A stretch of 54,667 nucleotides of DNA. It comes from Chiloscyllium plagiosum (taxonomy: Eukaryota). Made by a program: the position numbers and the translations under genes. The notes beneath the pieces are model-generated. The model worked only from the letters and a program-made list of their open reading frames with translations. It did no database searches and was not told the DNA's origin. The stretch lies in contig NC_057756.1 in the NCBI RefSeq assembly GCF_004010195.1, positions 7,550,443 to 7,605,109 of the forward strand, in the 5' to 3' direction. This document shows positions 48,207 through 54,667 of the stretch, in pieces; the stretch's first letter is position 1; each line of letters starts with the position of its first letter.

Positions 48207-51200
48207 TGGCAATCTATAAGACAGTACCATATATGACTTTGTTTTCCCAGAACGCAGCATTGAGTAGATAAAATCCATCAAATGATTTGTGTCAAAGCTG
48301 TTAGTTTGTTTGAAAATACAAACAGTAGTGTAGGTTTACCTTCAATTGGATGTTAATATATTTTGAATTGCCATAATATTGAGACAAGATTTTTTTAAAC
48401 TTCACCTGAAGTAAACATAATGAATAATTCACCCAAGGAAGCCTCACCATTGCAGTGTTCACAGACATAAATTAAAATCCACAAGAAATCGACAGGAAGA
48501 ACTCAACTAGGGAGATTGCATTCCATCAAATAGGCACCACCAAATCTAACTACTGGGCCATTCGTTTGTGTTGGCAGTGAATTGCAAACGAGTCCACTCA
48601 CATTTTGTATGCCTCATTTCAGTTTTATTTGACAAAAAAACCTTTCCGCTCATTTCATTTATCTCAGGAATCATCTGTTATGGTCCCAAATGATTTGAAA
48701 ATTGGACAGATCAGACTGGAAACAGAAATCAGGATTCCTAGTTCATCCTTATTTCATTTATCATTTCACGTGGTAGCCTTTCAGTGAAAGATAAATCTGT
48801 AACTCTGCACACTTGGTTTAACAATGAAAAGGGTCATGATTAAAGGAATGAAAATAATGAGAAACTATCTGTGCTGTTCATATGTAAAACGGTTTGACAG
48901 TTTTCAAAGCAAATGGCAAAAATATCCTGCCATCTAACTTTACTGTACTTGAATGAGAGAGTTTCATTCTGTGTAACATCTATAGCCGTGACTGAGCTGC
49001 TTCTTTCACTTCTTGTTCTTGGGAGTGTGTTCGTCTTTCCCTTGTTTATTCACACAACTGAATATACTTAGCATCAAAGGACCCTATCTGATTTATAACC
49101 CAAGATTTCTGGCTGTGAATTTTCCAATTAATACACTTGCAGTAGGATAAAATTTCAAACTGTTCTGAATTAACTCCTTTTTGGGGGCTAACATATAACT
49201 ACCCTCTTCTGGTCTCTGCAAAATGCCCCAAATAGCTCATTAGTTAGATTTTCATTTCACAAGACAATATTTATTCTTCAAACCCAAAAGCAGGTCAAAG
49301 GTCGCCATTGCTGATCATAAAACCCTTGCAATACAAATGATGTGACAATATCTCTCCAGTATCAACCCGAATACCTGCTTTCTGACCCATGATGGTTTGA
49401 GTTTATGGCTCCAGAAAGGCTAACACATTTCTTATTACCTTTCATGCACACAAATTCAAACTCACATCTCAACAGATCAAAAGGTGAACACAAAAGTACA
49501 TTACAGTCTTGCAACATAAATCACGTCCCTTATTTCATGTTTGCATATTATTGCCACAATTCAAACGACACCAGGTTATTATAGTCCAACAGGTTTATTT
49601 GAAATCAATCAGCTTTGGAACACTACTGCTTCATCAGGTGATGTGCCATGTGACTTCTGACTGCGTCCACCCCAACCCGACACCAGCACCTCCATCATTT
49701 ATATTATTACACTCACGTTTTATTTTTGAAACTTCCAGGTTCTGAATTTTCTGATAATAGATGATTTTCTTAATTTGAATTGGCCTTTTTGGCTCTATTT
49801 GCTGAGTTATTTGCTTTACACATGTTAACTTGCGAATATGCCTCAAGAGGAATAGCTCTCTTCATGTGTTCTAAACTATACAATAATAAGTGACACTAAT
49901 GGGTGCCACAGGATGACTTTGTATTTGTAAAATCTCATTCGGTTCACTCATATCCTTTGAGGAAGGCAACTGCTATCCTTATTTGATCTGACCTCCATGT
50001 GACTCCAGACCCACAGCAATGTGGTGACTCTTAGCTGACCGATGTGCAGTTACTGATGGGCAATAAATTTTGGCTTCAGTGGCAACACCCACTTCAATGA
50101 ATGAATTAAAATAAAACCAGATCATATTTAGGCCTCTGGATGTCATCTTCTGTACTTGACAAAAATAATCTTTATTTTAACTGGTGCCTGTGGTCCCACA
50201 TTTCAGGTACCATAAAATGATAGTAGAAAAAATTCCCTGATTACTTCCCACTCTCTCTTCTAAAGTTAATGACTCAAACCTTTCTTGGTGACAAGTCTCT
50301 GCGGCTGATCTGATCTGTTCACATGTATCAACAGGAAAGTGGCCTCCAAACGCTGAACCATTGATCACTCTCCCGTCCTGCCTCCAGTCATTGGTTGCTG
50401 AAAGTCACATGGACAGCCTTGCTACCTTAAATGTGACCATTGCTCTGAAGTCTGGACAATATCTGATATTTCATCACCATCAAACCCAACTAAGAAAGAA
50501 TACAAGTGAATTTAAGCTACTCCAATTCTGACTTCAAACCGCTTCCATTCACCATGTACTCCAACAGATCCTACTTTCACTAGGGGTCAACTTTGAAGTT
50601 CATGTTGTTGCTTCCAAATCCCATTATGTCCTCTGTCATCCATCACAGTGCCAACTTCTGTATCTCTACAGCAACGTGGCTCTTCGGCTATTCCATTCCT
50701 CTGCCTACCAACTGATGTATTAAAGCCATCCAACATTATGAAAGATAAAGACATACATCTCACCTTATGAGTCGGTAGAAGTAGGTAATCTGAAATCTAA
50801 AGGCTGCACCAACATTAAATAAGCCCAAGGCTTATGACTTTAATTCCACATTGTAACCTACCAATGATACCTCGTCCACCTCTTCACCTTGCATCAGATT
50901 GCATGTGCCTCGTGAACATTATATGACTGTCTCCATCACTCTCTGGTTAGAAAGTTACAAAGGTGCACTTTGTGTTCATGATTTTCAGCAAGAACTGAAT
51001 CTACAACATTGCTGACTCCTCATTCGTTAAAAGCTTATTTCACACAACTCACTTTTACAATATCACTTTTGGGAGTATGTTGATGGTTGACTTTTGATCA
51101 TCCTCATAATATTTCTGCATTGGGTTCAGTGTCATGGTTTCAGGGTGAATCTTACTATGAAATGCTTCTGGACTTTCGTAAATCCTAATTCTTTCTAAGC

Positions 51201-51724
51201 ATGTTTCTTTTGTTACTGACGTAGTATATTCTTTAACAATTGTTTTGCTTGTATTTCTAGATTATTTTGTGTTCTGACTCCATTCAGTTGCTTTTTCTCT
51301 GAGTGAAGGTAATCTTATAATGATAGTGGGAATGCAGGTAGGAAAGCACACTCTCACTTTCAGTTACCACAGCAAACTGTAATTGTTTTATCTTGTTCTG
51401 ATCTGGTCAATTGGATGCTTTTGCTATGTCTGATTGAGGACAAAGAGCTCAACTAACCAGCTTTCGTTAACAAAGTCTTTTTTTCAACAAAACAACAGTT
51501 ATTCAATGAAGAGAGACATGCCAAGTGTAATCATTGGGGCAAGGTCAGCCTGGTCTATGGAGCGGTGACTTTCTGTGTATGTGTATGTGTGCATAGCATG
51601 TACAGTCCCTATCAGAGGGGAATCATGCTGTGACTGTCTGCGAGTTGGTGATGATTCCGTCCATCAGTAAGGATTCAGTCAAATTTATTGACCAGTAGAA
51701 ATTGTAGCCCTAATTAAGCAATAA

Positions 51725-52320
51725 CACTTCTTAAAAGAACATTGAAAAGGCATCTGAATACGTGCATGAATAGGAAGGGTTTAGAGGGATATGGGCCGAA
51801 TGTTGGCAAACAGGACTAGATAAATTTAGGATCTCTGGTCGGCAAGGGTGAGTTGGACCAAAGGGATCTGTTTCATTTGCTGTATAACTGTGTGACTCTG
51901 TGATTCTAAATGGGTCATAAGGTAATAGATGTATTGGTGTCAATATTCTAAAATTCAGAACCAAATCTGGAAAGGCTCAATGAGATTGCATAGTAGCTGA
52001 TATAGTCCCTCTCCTGAAGAAGGAAAGGGTACTGAAAGCAGGAAATGTAGGTCAGTTAGTCTGTTGACTGTTATGGAGAAAGTGTTAGAATCAATCTTGA
52101 AGGAGAATCTCATTGGAAAAATTGGGAAGAGTCATTTTTAGTCAATTACCTGGAGTTAATTGAATGAGTAATGTGTGCTATTAATAAAGGTGAGCCCATT
52201 GATATATTGTATTTGAATTCCAGGAGTCATTTGACAGGGTGCCACATGAAAGATTATTGCAGAACATTGGAATTATGGAATTCGGAGCACAGAAAGATTC
52301 TCCATGATCTTAGATTATTT
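51725..52320 (+). mobile_element. Fragmented old CR1 LINE pieces (unit 3)
   Basis: INKGEPIDILYLN; homolog of 13095 and 29870. Confidence 0.65.
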
Positions 52321-52469
52321 CCTCATCAACCTAATCTCTACAAGGTTCCCCTTCTTCCTCCCACATTCCAGAGAACAAAATACTAGCTTATCCAGACTCT
52401 CATTTTAACTCAAACCTTTCATTACTGGCAACATCTGTGGAAATCTTGTCTGAACTCTGATCTTTTTTT

Positions 52470-53570
52470 AATTTCGTTGTGGGGCTGTGGGCATCGCTGA
52501 CTGGGCCAGCAGTTATTGCCCGCCCCTAGTTGCCCCTTCAGAACATGGTGGTTAATTGCATTCTTCAACCACTGCAGCTCACCTGTTGGAGGTAGACCAG
52601 CAATGCCCTTAGGGAGGGAATTCGAGGGTTTTGACCCCATGACAGTGAAGGAACGGCAGTATATTTGCAAGTCTGAATGGTGAGTGGCTTGGAGGGGAGT
52701 GTTGTATTCCTCTATATCTGCTGCCCTAGTGAAGTGGTCATACGTTTGGAAGGTCCTGTCCAAGGACCTTTGGAGAATTTCTACAATGCAGCTTGTAGGT
52801 GTAACGCATTGCTGCTACTGAATATCAGTGGGGGAGGGATTAGATGCTTGTGAATGTGGAGCCAATCAAGTGGGGGCTGCTTTGCCTTTTGAGTGCTGTT
52901 GGAGCTGCACCCAACCAGGCAAATGGGGAGTATTCCATCACACTCCTGATTTGTGCCTTGTAGATGGTGGACAGGCTTTGTGGAGTCAGGAGGTACATTA
53001 CTCGCTGCAGCATTCCTAAGTTCTGACCTGCTCATGTAGACACTGCATTTATATGGCAAATCCAATTGAGTTGTTGGTCAACGATAACCCTTAGGATGTT
53101 GATAGTGGGCTATTCAGTGAAGGTAACACCATTGAATGTAAAGGGGCAGTGGTTAGACTGTCCCTTATTGGAGATGGTCATAGCCTGGCATTTGTGTAGC
53201 ATGAATGTTACTTACCACTTCTCAGCCCAAGCCTGAATATTGTCCAGATCTTGTTCCATTTGAACATGGACTGCTTCTGCATGTGTGGAGTCATGAATAG
53301 TGAATACAACATTGGGTAATCATCAGCGAACATTGTCACTACTGACCTTATGATAGAGGGAAGGTCGTTGTTGAACCAGCTGAAGATGTTTGGACCTAGG
53401 ACACTAACCTGTGGAACTCCTGCAGAGATGTTCTGGAGCTGAGATGAATGACCTCCAACATTTACAGCCAACTTCCTATGTATCAGCTATGACTCTAACC
53501 ACTGGAGTGTTTGCCCCCTTATACCCATTGATTCCAGTTTTGTTAGTGCTCCTTGATGCACACTTGGTCG
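52470..53570 (-). mobile_element. Non-LTR retrotransposon (CR1/L2 group) RT to 3' end
   Basis: Minus ORF 53208 SAGVPQVSVLGPNIFSWFNNDLPS..MFADD. Confidence 0.85.
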
Positions 53571-53821
53571 AACGCAGACACAGGCAGAATGTACAAACTC
53601 CACGAAGACAGTTGTCCGAGGATGGGATCGATCCCTTACTTTTACGTGAAGAAGAATGTACATTTTAACTTTTTTCTTCATTATTCTGATCTGTAGTAAG
53701 ATTTTTTACCTCAATACTTCGTACCTGAGATATTATGGTGTGTGGCTGTATGGTATACACATCACTGCACTTTTGCACTTTTCTTGAATAGCTGTGACAA
53801 TAAAACCTAAATCTAAATCTA

Positions 53822-54320
53822 AAGTGTGACTTGCTGATGGCATACAGGCCTCAGTGGATTTCAGCAGTGATGAGAGTGGGATTAATGATGTAACCGTGCA
53901 AAAGCACCACCTTGCACCTCAGTAAGTATACTATTTTGGATACTGCTGGGGGGGGGGAAATGACTTACCAGGGGAAAGCCACAGTGGCCAGGTCGTTGGC
54001 ACTGAGTCTGGCTCTGTGGCTCAGAAGGGAAGTGGGGAAAATAGGAGAGCTATTGTGATAATGGATTATATCGTGCGAGGAACAGACAGGAGATTCTGTG
54101 ATCATGAGCGAGAATCCCAGATGGTATGTTACCTCCCCAGTGCCGGGGTCAGGGATGTCCTGGACCATGGTTACCAAATTCTTATGAGGGAATGAGAGCA
54201 GCCAGAAGTTGCTGTATACACCGGTACCAATAACATGGCTAGGAAAAGGGATTATGACCTGAAAATTGATTATAGGGAGTTAGGTGTGAAGCTAAAAGGC
54301 TGGACGAACAATAAAGTAAT
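53822..54320 (+). mobile_element. CR1/HER1 ORF1 (SGNH esterase) remnant, start of the next unit's LINE
   Basis: Homologous to 34550-34920; RAIVIMDYIVRGTDRRFC..MVCYLP. Confidence 0.75.
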
Positions 54321-54534
54321 AGAACATAGAACATAGAAGAATACAGCGCAGTACAGGCCCTTTGGCCCTCAGTTGCTGTATACACCGGTACCAATAACAT
54401 GGCTAGGAAAAGGGATTATGACCTGAAAATTGATTATAGGGAGTTAGGTGTGAAGCTAAAAGGCTGGACGAACAATAAAGTAATAGAACATAGAACATAG
54501 AAGAATACAGCGCAGTACAGGCCCTTTGGCCCTC
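54207..54534. repeat. Perfect 164-bp tandem duplication
   Basis: 54207-54370 is identical to 54371-54534. Confidence 0.9.
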
Positions 54535-54667
54535 AATGTTGCGCCGATCCAAGCCCACCTAACCTACACTAGCCCACTATCCTCCATATGCCTATCCAAT
54601 GCACGTTTAAATGCCCATAATGAAGGAGAGTCCACCACTGCTACTGGCAAGGCATTCCATGAACTCA
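54485..54667 (-). mobile_element. CR1 LINE 3' end
   Basis: (AGAACAT)n tail followed by the reverse complement of the 3' UTR (gtacaggccctttggccc). Confidence 0.8.

Noticed and set aside
209..54177. Remaining 60-170 aa ORFs in the track
   Set aside because: Either pieces of decayed retroelements or chance ORFs without recognisable domains

Overview
Eukaryotic, TE-rich genomic DNA, very probably from a cartilaginous fish (inferred from HE1-type SINEs and HER1/CR1 LINEs; a carpet shark is my guess). The window is a tandem array of three 17-21 kb units. Each unit carries one two-exon class A GPCR gene of the GPR139/GPR142-like group on the + strand: a 67-nt coding exon 1, a phase-1 intron and a ~911-nt exon 2, giving 325 aa. 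Copies 1 (5275-9338) and 2 (22708-26175) are intact. Copy 3 (44105-48206) has an in-frame TGA, a DRF->HRF change, a C-terminal frameshift and a mutated TATA box. Each gene has an Olf-1/EBF-type palindrome about 10 bp upstream of the TATA position, and amino-acid differences cluster around ECL2. This resembles a chemoreceptor-style birth-and-death cluster (inference). The spacers share old Gypsy, CR1, Rex1 and SINE remnants. Younger unit-specific insertions include hairpin-shaped Penelope-like elements carrying minimal hammerhead ribozyme motifs in intron 1 of two paralogs, and a SINE with a templated inverted copy of local DNA. The array appears to continue past both window ends. TE boundaries are approximate and were read by eye.
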